Assembly (NCBI RefSeq): GCF_046119375.1
Contig: NW_027362767.1
Coordinates: 39,308,001 to 39,372,000 of the forward strand
Length of the DNA stretch: 64,000 nt
Origin: Phyllobates terribilis
Lineage: Eukaryota
Direction of reading: 5' to 3'
Below are positions 1-13,500 of the stretch, piece after piece; the first letter of the stretch is position 1; each line of letters opens with the position of its first letter. The position numbers and the translations under genes were made by a program. The notes beneath the pieces were generated by a model. The model saw only the letters and a list, made by a program, of their open reading frames with translations. It did not search any database and was not told the DNA's origin.

Positions 1-3000
1 GGGCAGTATTATAGTAGTTATAGTCTTGTACATAGGGGGCAGTATTATAGTAGTTATTCTTGTATATAGGGGGCAGTATTATAGTAGTTATAGTCTTGTA
101 CATAGGGGGCAGTATTATAGTAGTTATATTCTTGTACATAGGGGCAGTATTATAGTAGTTATATTTTTGTACATAGGGGCAGTATTATAGTAGTTATATT
201 CTTGTACATAGGAGCAGTATTATAGTAGTTATATTCTTGTACATAGGGGCAGTATTATAGTAGTTATATTCTTGTATATAGGGGCAGTATTATAGTAGTT
301 ATATTCTTGTACATAGGGAGCAGTATTATAGTAGTTATATTCTTGAACATAGGAGCAGTATTATAGTAGTTATATTCTTGTACATAGAGAGCAGTATTAT
401 AGTAGTCATATTCTTGTACATAGGGGGCAGTATTATAGTAGTTATATTCTTGTATATAGGGGGCAGTATTATAGTAGTTATATTCTTGTACATAGGGGGC
501 AGTACTATAGTAGTTATATTCTTGTACATAGGAGCAGTATTATAGTAGTTATATTCTTGTACATAGGAGCAGTATTATAGTAGTTATATTCTTGTACATA
601 GAGGGCAGTATTATAGTAGTTATATTCTTGTACATAGAGGGCAGTATTATAGTAGTTATATTCTTGTACGTAGGGGCAGTATTATAGTAGTTATATTCTT
701 GTACATAGGAGCAGTATTATAGTGGTTATATTCTTGTACATAGGAGCAGTATTATAGTAGTTATATTCTTGTACATAGGAAGCAGTATTATAGTAGTTAT
801 ATTCTTGTACATAGGGGGCAGTATTATAGTAGTTATATTCTTGTACATAGGGGACAGTATTATAGTAGTTATATTCTTGTACATAGGAGCAGTATTATAG
901 TAGTTATATTCTTGTGCATAGGAGCAGTATTATAGTAGTTATATTCTTGTACATAGGAGCAGTATTATAGTAGTTATATTCTTGTACATAGTGGACAGTA
1001 TTATAGTAGTTATATTCTTGTACATAGGATCAGTATTATAGTAGTTATATTCTTGTACATAGGGGGTAATATTATAGTAGTTATATTCTTCTACATGGGA
1101 GCAGTATTATGGCAGTTATATTCTTGTATATAGGGGGCAGTATTATAGTAGTTATAGTCTTGTACATAGGGGGCAGTATTATAGTAGTTATATTCTTGTA
1201 CATAGGGGCAGTATTATAGTAGTTATATTTTTGTACATAGGGGCAGTATTATAGTAGTTATATTCTTGTACATAGGAGCAGTATTATAGTAGTTATATTC
1301 TTGTACATAGTGGACAGTATTATAGTAGTTATATTCTTGTACATAGGATCAGTATTATAGTAGTTATATTCTTGTACATAGGGGGTAATATTATAGTAGT
1401 TATATTCTTCTACATGGGAGCAGTATTATGGCAGTTATATTCTTGTATATAGGGGGCAGTATTATAGTAGTTATAGTCTTGTACATAGGGGGCAGTATTA
1501 TAGTAGTTATATTCTTGTACATAGGGGCAGTATTATAGTAGTTATATTTTTGTACATAGGGGCAGTATTATAGTAGTTATATTCTTGTACATAGGAGCAG
1601 TATTATAGTAGTTATATTCTTGTACATAGTTGCAGTATTATAGTAGTTATATTCTTGTATATAGGGGGCAGTATTATAGTAGTTATAGTCTTGTACATAG
1701 GGGGCAGTATTATAGTAGTTATTCTTGTATATAGGGGGCAGTATTATAGTAGTTATAGTCTTGTACATAGGGGGCAGTATTATAGTAGTTATATTCTTGT
1801 ACATAGGGGCAGTATTATATTAGTTATATTTTTGTACATAGGGGCAGTATTATAGTAGTTATATTCTTGTACATAGGAGCAGTATTATAGTAGTTATATT
1901 CTTGTACATAGGGGCAGTATTATAGTAGTTATATTCTTGTATATAGGGGCAGTATTATAGTAGTTATATTCTTGTACATAGGGAGCAGTATTATAGTAGT
2001 TATATTCTTGAACATAGGAGCAGTATTATAGTAGTTATATTCTTGTACATAGAGAGCAGTATTATAGTAGTTATATTCTTGTATATAGGGGCAGTATTAT
2101 AGTAGTTATATTCTTGTACATAGGGAGCAGTATTATAGTAGTTATATTCTTGAACATAGGAGCAGTATTATAGTAGTTATATTCTTGTACATAGAGAGCA
2201 GTATTATAGTAGTCATATTCTTGTACATAGGGGGCAGTATTATAGTAGTTATATTCTTGTATATAGGGGCAGTATTATAGTAGTTATATTCTTGTACATA
2301 GGGGGCAGTATTATAGTAGTTATATTCTTGTACATAGGAGCAGTATTATAGTAGTTATATTCTTGTATATAGGGGGCAGTATTATAGTAGTTATATTCTT
2401 GTATATAGGGGGCAGTATTATAGTAGTTATATTCTTGTACATAGGGGGCAGTATTATAGTAGTTATATTCTTGTACATAGGAGCAGTATTATAGTAGTTA
2501 TATTCTTATACATAGGGTCAGTATTATAGTAGTTATATTCTTGTACATAGGAGCAGTATTATAGTAGTTATATTCTTGTACATAGAGCGCAGTATTATAG
2601 TAGTTATATTCTTGTACATAGAGGGCAGTATTATAGTAGTTATATTCTTGTACGTAGGGGCAGTATTATAGTAGTTATATTCTTGTACATAGGAGCAGTA
2701 TTATAGTGGTTATATTCTTGTACATAGGAGCAGTATTATAGTAGTTATATTCTTGTACATAGGAAGCAGTATTATAGTAGTTATATTCTTATACATAGGA
2801 AGCAGTATTATAGTAGTTATATTCTTGTACATAGGGGCAGTATTATAGTGGTTATATTCTTGTACATAGGAGCAGTATTATAGTAGTTATATTCTTGTAC
2901 ATAGGAGCAGTATTATAGTAGTTATATTCTTGTACATAGGGGGCAGTATTATAGTAGTTATATTCTTGTACATAGGGGACAGTATTATAGTAGTTATATT

Positions 3001-3421
3001 CTTGTACATAGGATCAGTATTATAGTAGTTATATTCTTGTACATAGGAGCAGTATTATGGTAGTTATATTCTTGTATATAGGAGCAGTATTATAGCAGTT
3101 ATATTCTTGTACATAGGGGGCAGTATTATAGTAGTTATATTCTTGTACATAGGGGACAGTATTATAGTAGTTATATTCTTGTACATAGGAGCAGTATTAT
3201 AGTAGTTATATTCTTGTGCATAGGAGCAGTATTATAGTAGTTATATTCTTGTACATAGGAGCAGTATTATAGTAGTTATATTCTTGTACATAGTGGACAG
3301 TATTATAGTAGTTATATTCTTGTACATAGGATCAGTATTATAGTAGTTATATTCTTGTACATAGGGGGTAATATTATAGTAGTTATATTCTTCTACATGG
3401 GAGCAGTATTATGGCAGTTAT
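1..3421 (+). repeat. 35-36 bp AT-rich satellite array (runs off the window start)
   Basis: Tandem unit GCAGTATTATAGTAGTTATATTCTTGTACATAGG(A/GG), repeated continuously to ~3421. Variation is concentrated in the G/A tract. Confidence 0.97.
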
Positions 3422-4314
3422 CTAAAAGGTTACTTGGAAAAGTCTATTTTGAAATGCTTTATGTGCATGGTATACCTAATTATATGAGTATTCCTGCCAC
3501 ACACACATTTATGTTAGTTGTAGGAGGAATTGCTATTTGAGCTTTTCTGGCCTAGGTCACCTCCTTGGAGGTGATTCTTACCTGCACTGTCTATAAAATG
3601 TTGTGGGTGTTAGTTCGGCCTCAGCTCTTTGTTATATCTGCCTGTTGCTGCACTGCATCATGTAGGAACAAAGCTGCAGCCTCAGACCTGCAGGATGGCA
3701 GCACGTTCTTTGCAAGTTGCTCGCCTACCCTTCGCACTATTCGGCGTTCCCCCGCATCCTGGGGCTTGTTCACACTTCCACAATGCACTCCTATCCAGGA
3801 GGTTGACCAGATGTCTATTTGTCCTAGTTCATGGCAGAGGGCAGCAGGAGCCCTGGTTTTGTCCCCTCCATGTTTGCTAAGATTTCTGCGCCTGTGTTGA
3901 AGGGAAGCTCTGTGCAGGATCCCAGGAGGCAGAGGGACCGCGCTGCTTTTCTAGAGGGGCCTCTGGGCTGTCTCCGGCGATCGCTCCCACTCTATATACA
4001 CCTTCTATCTGTATACTGTGTGTGCAGAACTGTATTTATCCACTCAGTGTTCATGCAGTTTTTACTGTAGAAACGTCCGGCGTCTATGATGCTATTTACA
4101 AAAAGAATTTATCTTTTTAACAATCCATTTCACATTGTGAGTCCCCTATAAAGGAGGAGGAGGAGGAACACCCCCTCATCACACGAAAATCACAGCTATT
4201 ACTAAAAATAGCAAGTGTTTGCTCAACCCATGTTTATAGCATATGCTCACATTTGATCACAATTGTACACTTTTATATACGGTAGATATAATCTACACAA
4301 AATGATTAGCAATC

Positions 4315-7300
4315 GATCCTGAGTTACCTCCTGTATTATACTCCAGAGCTGCACTCACTATTCTGTTGGTGCAGTCACTGTGTACATACATTACATTACT
4401 GATCCTGAGTTACATCCTGTATTATACTCCAGAGCTGCACTCACTATTCTGCTGGTGCAGTCACTGTGTACATACATTACATTACTGATCCTGAGTTACA
4501 TCCTGTATTATACTCCAGAGCTGCACTCACTATTCTGCTGGTGCAGTCACTGTGTACATACATTACATTTCTGATCCTGAGTTACATCCTGTATTATGCT
4601 CCAGAGCTGCACTCACTATTCTGCTGGTGCAGTCACTGTGTACATACATTACATTACTGATCCTGAGTTACATCCTGTATTATACCCCAGAGCTGCACTC
4701 ACTATTCTGCTGGTGCAGACACTGTGTACATACATTACATTACTGATCCTATACTGATCCTGAGTTACATCCTATATTATACTCCAGAGCTGCACTCACT
4801 ATTCTGCTGGTGCAGTCACTGTGTACATAAATTACATTACTGATCCTGTACTGATCCTGAGTTACATCCTGTATTATACTCCAGAGCTGCACTCCCTATT
4901 CTGCTGGTGCAGTCACTGTATACATACATTACATTACTGATCCTGAGTTACCTCCTGTATTATACTCCAGAGCTGAACTCACTATTCTGCTGGTGCAGTC
5001 ACTGTATACATACATTACATTACTGATCCTGAGTTACATCCTGTATTATACTACAGAGCTGCACTCACTATTTTGCTGGTGCAGTCACTATGTACATACA
5101 TTACATTACTGATCCTGAGTTACATTCTGTATTATACTCCAGAGCTGCACTCACTATTCTGCTGGTGCAGTACACAGTGACTGCACCAGCAGAATAGTGA
5201 GTGCAGCTCTGGAGTACAATACAGGATATAACTCAGGATCAGTAATGCAATGTTTGTACGCAGTGACTGCACCAGCAGAATAGTGAGTGCAGCTCTGGGC
5301 TATAATACAGGAGGTAACTCAGGATCAGTAATGTAATGTATGTACACAGTGACTACACCAGCAGTGAGTGCAGCTCTGGAGTATAATACAGAATGTAACT
5401 CAGGATCAGTAATGTCTGTACACAGTGACTACACCAGCAGAATAGTGAGTGCAGCTCTGGAGTATAATACAGTATATAATACAGGATGTAACTCATGATC
5501 AGTAATGTCTGTACACAGTGACTACAGCAGCACAATAGTGAGTGCAGCTCTGGGGTAGAATACCGGATGTAATTCAAGATCAGTAATGTAATGTATGTAC
5601 ACAGATAGTGCACCAGCAGAATAGTGAGTGCAGCTCTGGAGTATAATACGGGATATAACTCAGGATCAGTAATGTAATGTCTGTACACAGTGACTACACC
5701 AGCTGAATAGTGAGTGCAGCTCTGGAGTATAATACAGGATGTATCTCAGGATCAGTAATGTAATGTATGTACACAGTGACTGCACCAGCAGAATAGTGAG
5801 TGCAGCTCTGGAGTATAATACAGGATATAACTCAGGATCAGTAATGCAATGTTTGTACGCAGTGACTGCACCAGCAGAATAGTGAGTGCAGCTCTGGAAT
5901 ATAATACAGGATATAACTCCGGATCAGTAATGCAATGTTTGTACACAGTGACTGCACCAGCAGAATAGTGAGTGCAGCTCTGGGCTATAATACAGGAGGT
6001 AACTCAGGATCAGTAATGTAATGTATGTACACAGTGACTACACCAGCAGTGAGTGCAGCTCTGGAGTATAATACAGAATGTAACTCAGGATCAGTAATGT
6101 CTGTACACAGTGACTACACCAGCAGAATAGTGAGTGCAGCTCTGGAGTATAATACAGTATATAATACAGGATGTAACTCATGATCAGTAATGTCTGTACA
6201 CAGTGACTACAGCAGCAGAATAGTGAGTGCAGCTCTGGAGTATAATACAGGATGTAACTCAGGATCAGTAATGTAATGTCTGTACACAGTGACTACACCA
6301 GCAGAATAGTGAGTGCAGCTCTGGGGTATAATACAGGATGTAATTCAAGATCAGTAATGTAATGTATGTACACAGTGACTGCACCAGCAGAATAGTGAGT
6401 GCAGCTCTTGAGTATAATACAGGATGTAACTCAGGATCAGTAATGTAATGTATGTACACAGTGACTCCACCAGCAGAATAGTGAGTGCAGCTCTGGAGAA
6501 TAATACAGGATGTAACTCAGGATCAATACAGGATCCGTAATGTATGTACACAGTGACTGCACCAGCAGAATAGTGACTGTAGCTCTGGAGTATAATACAA
6601 GATATAACTCAGGATCAGTAATGTAATGTATGTACACAGTGACTGCACCAGCAGAATAGTGAGTGCAGCTCTGGAGTATAATACAGGATATAACTCAGGA
6701 TCAGTAATGTAATGTATGTACACAGTGACTGCACCAGCAGAATAGTGAGTGCAGCTCTGGGGTATAATACAGGAGGTAACTCAGGATCAATACAGGATCA
6801 GTAATGTATGTACACAGTGACTGCACCAGCAGAATAGTGACTGCAGCTCTGGAGTATAATACAGGATATAACTCAGGATCAGTAATGTAATGTATGTACA
6901 CAGTGACTGCACCAGCAGGATAGTGAGTGCAGCTCTGGAGTATAATACAGGATGTAACTCAGGATCAGTAATGTAATGTATGTACACAGTGACTGCACCA
7001 GCAGAATAGTGAGTGCAGCTCTGGAGTATAATACAGGATGTAACTCAGGATCAGTAATGTAATGTATGTACACAGTGACTGCACCAGCAGAATAGTGAGT
7101 GCTGCTCTGGAGTATAATACAGGATGTAACTCAGGATCAGTAATGTAATGTATGTACACAGTGACTCCACCAGCAGAATAGTGAGTGCAGCTCTGGAGAA
7201 TAATACAGGATGTAACTCAGGATCAATACAGGATCAGTAATGTATGTACACAGTGACTGCACCAGCAGAATAGTGACTGTAGCTCTGGAGTATAATACAG

Positions 7301-7915
7301 GATATAACTCAGGATCAGTAATGTAATGTATGTACACAGTGACTGCACCAGCAGAATAGTGAGTGCAGCTCTGGAGTATAATACAGGATATAACTCAGGA
7401 TCAGTAATGTAATGTATGTACACAGTGACTGCACCAGCAGAATAGTGAGTGCAGCTCTGGAGTATAATACAGGAGGTAACTCAGGATCAATACAGGATCA
7501 GTAATGTATGTACACAGTGACTGCACCAGCAGAATAGTGACTGCAGCTCTGGAGTATAATACAGGATATAACTCAGGATCAGTAATGTAATGTATGTACA
7601 CAGTGACTGCACCAGCAGAATAGTGAGTGCAGCTCTGGAGTATAATACAGGATGTAACTCAGGATCAGTAATGTAATGTATGTACACAGTGACTGCACCA
7701 GCAGAATAGTGAGTGCAGCTCTGGAGTATAATACAGGATGTAACTCAGGATCAGTAATGTAATGTATGTACACAGTGACTGCACCAGCAGAATAGTGAGT
7801 GCTGCTCTGGAGTATAATACAGGATGTAACTCAGGATCAGTAATGTAATGTATGTACACAGTGACTGCACCAGCAGAATAGTGAGTGCAGCTCTGGAGTA
7901 TAATACAGGAGGTAA
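4315..7915. repeat. 86-bp satellite array with an internal orientation flip at ~5171
   Basis: Unit GTAATGTAATGTATGTACACAGTGACTGCACCAGCAGAATAGTGAGTGCAGCTCTGGAGTATAATACAGGATGTAACTCAGGATCA (86 nt). About 10 units are reversed (4315-5171), then about 32 are forward (5172-7915). The 86-bp spacing of the repeated 64-aa pseudo-ORFs confirms the period. Confidence 0.96.
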
Positions 7916-10299
7916 TCACTATTCTTATTTTATTATCTACTAGACTATTCCATGAATTGCATTGCCCTGATATATCCTTATTTTACTAATTTCTATCATT
8001 CCAGGCTGTAGTATGCCCTCCTGCAGCTGCTGTGGGGTGAGAAGGTTTGCTGATTGCTCCTCTTGTATTAATACATATCCTTTAAGGATCGGATCCTATT
8101 TGTAGACCTGCCCATTAAGGAGCTCAACTGTAATTAGCCACATTCTCCTGCTGCATATAAAGTATGAAAAGGCTGAGTACAGAGAATGACTTAGTGTTTA
8201 GGGGGACACGCTTGTATTGGGGGCACAGCTCGGCGCCTGGTGTCTGGCGGACAGCAGATGATGGAAGGCACATTTAACACTTCAGAGCCCGTGAAGAGCA
8301 GCGCTCTCCTTCCAGGCGGCTGCTTGCTGCAGGCTGTGCGTCAGGGAAAAGGCCGGGCAGACCGCCGGGGGATATGTTCTCCCTCTCCACATATGAACAG
8401 GGCTTTAGACTAGACCTTGCAGGCCCTGCAGTGGGACATGCTACATCTTTACAGGGATGTATCCTCCCTTCTTTGTGTGATACAATGTTGCACTTCCCAT
8501 AACTGCCCTATTAAAGGGACGAGGCTGAAGTTGGTTTCTTATTCGTCCAGATTCTTATTCGGGGCTGAAGTTACAATCTTCAGCAATGTATATATAGATT
8601 TAGCTTTCAATGTTGTCTGAAAATCTGCACATGGCCTCCAGTTGGACTCCGGCAAATATTCTTAGTAGAAATCATTTGTACGGAGATCTGCTCGATGCTC
8701 CCCACTTCAGGAGCCAGCACATCCGCGCATTACATAACCCCTTGACTGCAACAGGCAGCATGTAATACCTCGTTTCTCCAGTGGTGGTGCTGCAGAAATA
8801 TTGGTTCATTCATGACCTCTGATCGCTGGGGGTCTGAGCAGTCAGAGACCGTCTTCAGCTCACGATAAGTGGTCCACTTTAGTAGAAATACATTTCCTAA
8901 GAGCATGCCCCTTTAATCATTGGCTCTGCACAATTGCAATCTATTGATTTCAAGTAATGACTTCGTTAGTAGGATGAAAGGTCCTTAAAATCAGGGATTA
9001 TGGCCTCTATGTTATCCGGGTGTCCTAAACCCATCCAGATTTTTTCCCCCTTGCAGGTTGTGCTTGCAGTTTAGGGGCCACTCTCCCGCATCTAAATTGG
9101 GGCAAACAGCGGGATCCTGCTATATTCCCCCATAGTATTTGCATTGCTTGTAGTGGGGAATATGGAGATGCCACATGCGTGGCGCCCGATATTACAGAAT
9201 AGCCAAGGGCCCCAAGCTCCTGATATAAAAGGAATATTCACCAACAATTAGAGGAGCTGGTCTGCTTCTTAGGAAGCCCACCGTATTAATATTTCAACAT
9301 CTTGGCCCTGAATGTACAGACACAGAGGCAATGGAAGGGATGGAGATGAGCGGTGGAAATCCAGCTCGTGTATGGCCTGACGATCCGAAACCTGGCCGAA
9401 CGAATCTGATTCCTCCTCCCCTCCTGATCTACATTGCTGCCCCTCAGATCAGTCCTTGGGCGACTCCCCGCGCTCTTGACACCGATCTGGATATATTCCT
9501 GGGGAATCTGAGGAGCAGCAATCCGCCTGGTGAATAATTTACTAGGGAGTGTATGGAAATCAGCAACCGACACATTAACCCCTTCCCTGCTACAGCGAGT
9601 CATAGACTCTCAGACCCGACCCACCCGATCCGATCAAGTCGCAGATCTACGTGACGGGGGCCCACATTTACTACTGATGTCACAGTCCAGGCAGCCAGAA
9701 GATACGTCATATTTATCACAGTGGCTCCGCGTGGCTAAACCAAGTGACAGCGTGGCGCCCGGGGGCCGTTATTTTGGCACAAAAGTTTAACAGATCTATC
9801 GAAAGTGGTTGCACCAGACTTTGTGCCAAGAGATGATACATTTTGTTTTTTTGTTTTTAATGAAGATGCCGATACGGCATTGAAACGCGTTGTGAATAAA
9901 AAACCTTAATATCACCATTGTTGAAGAATCAATTTACTCCAGCAGCGCAGCGCAGCCCACCTAACATACTTCATCCGACTGGATCCAAGAAATGATAGGG
10001 GCTGGTGTAACAGATCCATGAATGGAATGGTATGGGACGCAGATTATTCAAGCTGAGAAATCCTCGAGACCCCAATAATAATCCGCCATGAATAAAAATA
10101 TCCCTCACATTCCCATTAGCCATAATGAGCAGGTTACTTGCCATGGATGCATGTAGACTTGGTATAGGTCACAGTGAGAGAGAATTATCTGTCCTCTATG
10201 GACAAGGACATCCCCAAGCAACGGGATCGTCTGACGAATGAAAAAAAAAAATCAGATCCAGAAGAGAGTTTTCATACTTGACCCTATAAAGAGAGGAAC

Positions 10300-10468
10300 T
10301 GCTGGTGGACCCTGACATAAAAGGGCCCCTGTGCAAGAACAGTATATGGGCCCTTGGCAGCTCTTAAAAATGCTAAATTGCACCTGATTTGGAGGTAAAA
10401 GTGGGCCCCCTTACCTCTTGGGCCCCTGTGCGGTCGTATAGGTTGCACCAATGATATGTCCGCCCCTG
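10300..10468. mobile_element. Small hAT-type MITE (~170 bp)
   Basis: Ends TGCTGGTGGAC ... GTCCGCCCCTG are imperfect TIRs of the CAG(G/T)GGCGGAC type. The flanking 8-mers AGAGGAAC and AGAAGAAT match at 6/8, consistent with an aged 8-bp TSD. Confidence 0.6.
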
Positions 10469-10505
10469 AGAAGAATAGATAATCAGCTGGGAGATGAGCT
10501 GTGAT

Positions 10506-13500
10506 TAGTGTTGAGCGATACCTTCCGATATCAGGAAATATCGGATCGGATTGGATTGGGCCGATACTCAAAAAGTATCAGATATCGCCGATTCCGATAC
10601 CGGAAACCAATGCAAGTCAATGGGACAGAAATATCGGAATGAAAATAAACCCTTTCTTTCCTTGTAGGGTAATTCTACATGAAGGGAAAACAACTAACAA
10701 TAATGTAGAATGTATTGGGGGAGGTGGTTGCCCAAATCGATGGGAACAGTGCTCACAGTGAAATATGAAAAGCCGGCAATTCAGCAGCGGCATACACCGG
10801 TACCCGACAATTTAGAACAGAATGAATAGAGCACCAAACATAGATTAGATAGATAGAAACATGTCAGTCACATATATATGAAGTACAGGGACAGTGTTGA
10901 TCACTGTACTTGTCATTTAGTGTAAAGGATTTATTTAAAAAAAATAATAGTGTTTTCATGCACCGTCTCTTTAAAAAAGCCGTCCAGCAATTCAGCAGCG
11001 GCATACACCGGTACCCGACAATTTATAACAGAAAGAATAGAGCATCACACATAGATTAGATAGAAACATGTCAGTCACATATATAAGAAGTACAGTGATA
11101 GTGTTGATTACTGTACTTGTCATTTAGTGTTAAAATAAAGGATTTATAAAAAAAAAAAATTGGCGTGGGGCTCCCTGTAATTTTAGTCTCTAGCGGAGGT
11201 TAAGCAGACGGCTGGGGCAGATGTTTGAAGCCTGGGAAGGGGGTAATACCCACGGAGCTTCCAAGGCTACTAATATCAGACCCCAGCTGAATACCTAGCC
11301 TTTACTAGCTATTAAAATGGGGGACCCCCAAAAAAATGACTTGGGGTCCCCCCTATTTTAATAGCTAGCAAAGGCTAGGCAGACAGCTGGGGGCTGATAT
11401 TAATAGCCCAGGAAGGGTGCCATGAATATTGGCCCCCTACCAGGCTAGAAACACCGGCCGTCAGCCGCCCCAGAAATGGCGCATCCATAGGATGTGCCAA
11501 TTCTGGCACTTAGCCTCGCTCTTCCCACTGCCCTGTAGCGGTGGCAGGGGGTAATAGGGTTGGAGTTGATGTCAGCTTATAATGCCAGCTGACATCAAGC
11601 CCAGGTTAGTAATGAAGAGGCGTCTATAAGACACCCCATTACTAACCTCATAGTGAAAGTTAAAAAAAAACACAAACACCCAGAATAAAGTCCTTTAATT
11701 GAAATAAGCACACAATTCTTTATTGTTCTAAATTAAACCATACTTACCGTCACGCCCATTCCAGCTGAAGCCAACGATCTCCTGCAATAAAAGAAAAATA
11801 ATAAAGCAACATCATCCTTACCTTTCCATGGTTCCCACGACAGCTCCAGCTCTGCTACATTGAGATGACAGGCGGACCGCAGCAGAACGCTGCCATCCAG
11901 CTTGTCATCCCGCAGACACTGAGAAGCGCAGGCATGCTTGCGCTCCTCAGTGTCTGGCTGTGACGGCATCCAGATGAGCCGACAATGAACTCAGCTCACC
12001 TCATGCACGTCAGTGACAGCGTGGGAGAATTTTCCTGCGCATGCGGTGAGCGTGAGAGACTCAGCTCATCTGGATGCCGTCACAGGCAGACACTGAGGAG
12101 CGCAAGCATGCCTGCGCTTCTCAGTGTCTGCGGGATGACAGGCTGGATGGCAGCTTTCTGCTGTGGTCCAGCCTGTCATCTCGATGTAGCAGAGCTGGAG
12201 CTGTCCTGGGAACCATGGAAAGGTAAGGATGAGGTTGCTTTATTATTTTTCTTTTATTGCAGGAGATCGTTGGCTTCAGCTGGAATGGGTGTGATGGTGA
12301 GTATGGTTTAATTTAGAACAATAAAGAATTGTGTCTTTATTTCAATTAAAGGACTTTATTCTGGGTGTTGTGTTTTTTAAAAATACTTTACTAGAAATTC
12401 ATGGCGGTCATGTCTAATATTGGCGTGACCCCATGAATTTCGGGCTTAGGGTCAGCTGATAATACCAAGCTGGCCCTAACCCCTTTATTACCCAGTGAGC
12501 CACCGCACCAGGGCCCTGGATGAGTTGGGTACAGCGCCAGAAGATGGCGCTTCTATGAACGCACCATTTTCCGGGGTGGCTGCGGACTGCAATTTGCAGC
12601 GGGGGGGCCAGAAAGCTTGGGCCTCCCTGCGCTGCGGATTCCAGCCCCCAGCTGCCTAGTTGTACCTGGCTGGACACAAAAATATAGGGAAGCCCTTTTT
12701 TTCTTAATTATTTCATCCTATGGATGCGCCATTTCTGGGGCGGCTGACGGCTGGTGTTTCTAGCCTGGGAGGGGGCCAATATTCATGGCACCCTTCCTGG
12801 GCTATTAATATCAGCCCCCAGCTGTCTGCCTAGCCTTTGCTGGCTATTAAAATAGGGGGGACCCCACGTCATTTTTTTGGGGGTCCCCCATTTTAATAGC
12901 TAGTAAAGGCTAGGTATTCAGCTGGGGGCTGATATTAGTAGCCTGGGAAGCTCCGTGGGTATTACCCCCTTCCCAGGCTTCAAGCATCTGCCCCAGCCGT
13001 CTGCTTAACCTCCGCTAGAGACTAAAATTACGGGGAACCCCACGCCAATTTTTTTTTTAATAAATCCTTTATTTTAACACTAAATGACAAGTACAGCAAT
13101 CAACACTATCACTGTACTTCTTATATATGTGACTGACATGTTTCTATCTATCTAATCTATGTGTGATGCTCTATCTTTCTGTTCTAAATTGTCGGGTACC
13201 GCTGATGAATTGCCGGCCGGCTTTTTTAAAGAGTCGGTGCATGAAAACGCTATTATTTTTTTAAATAAATCCTTTACACTAAATGACAAGTACAGTAACC
13301 AACACTGTCACTGTACTTCTTATATATGTGACTGACATGTTTCTATCTATCTAAGCTATGTGTGATGCTCTATTCTTTTTGTTCTAAATTGTCAGGTACC
13401 GGTATTTGCCGCTGATGAATTGCCGGCTTTTCATGTTTCACTGTGAGCACTGTTCCCATCGATTTGGGCAACCACTGTAATGCCACAGCCACCATGGTTG

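Noticed and set aside
4315-7915. Regularly spaced repeats as a possible CRISPR array
   Set aside because: There are no unique spacers, the monomers are contiguous, there are no cas genes, and the context is eukaryotic.
9286-9790. GC-balanced ORFs of 68-105 aa
   Set aside because: No recognisable motif, overlapping frames on both strands, and no clear splice boundaries.
10722-13477. Inner palindrome as an independent Charlie-type hAT insertion
   Set aside because: The right end is CAGTGGTTGCCCAAA-like, but the left tip is mismatched and the flanking 8-mers (ATTGGGGG / TAATGCCA) do not form a TSD.
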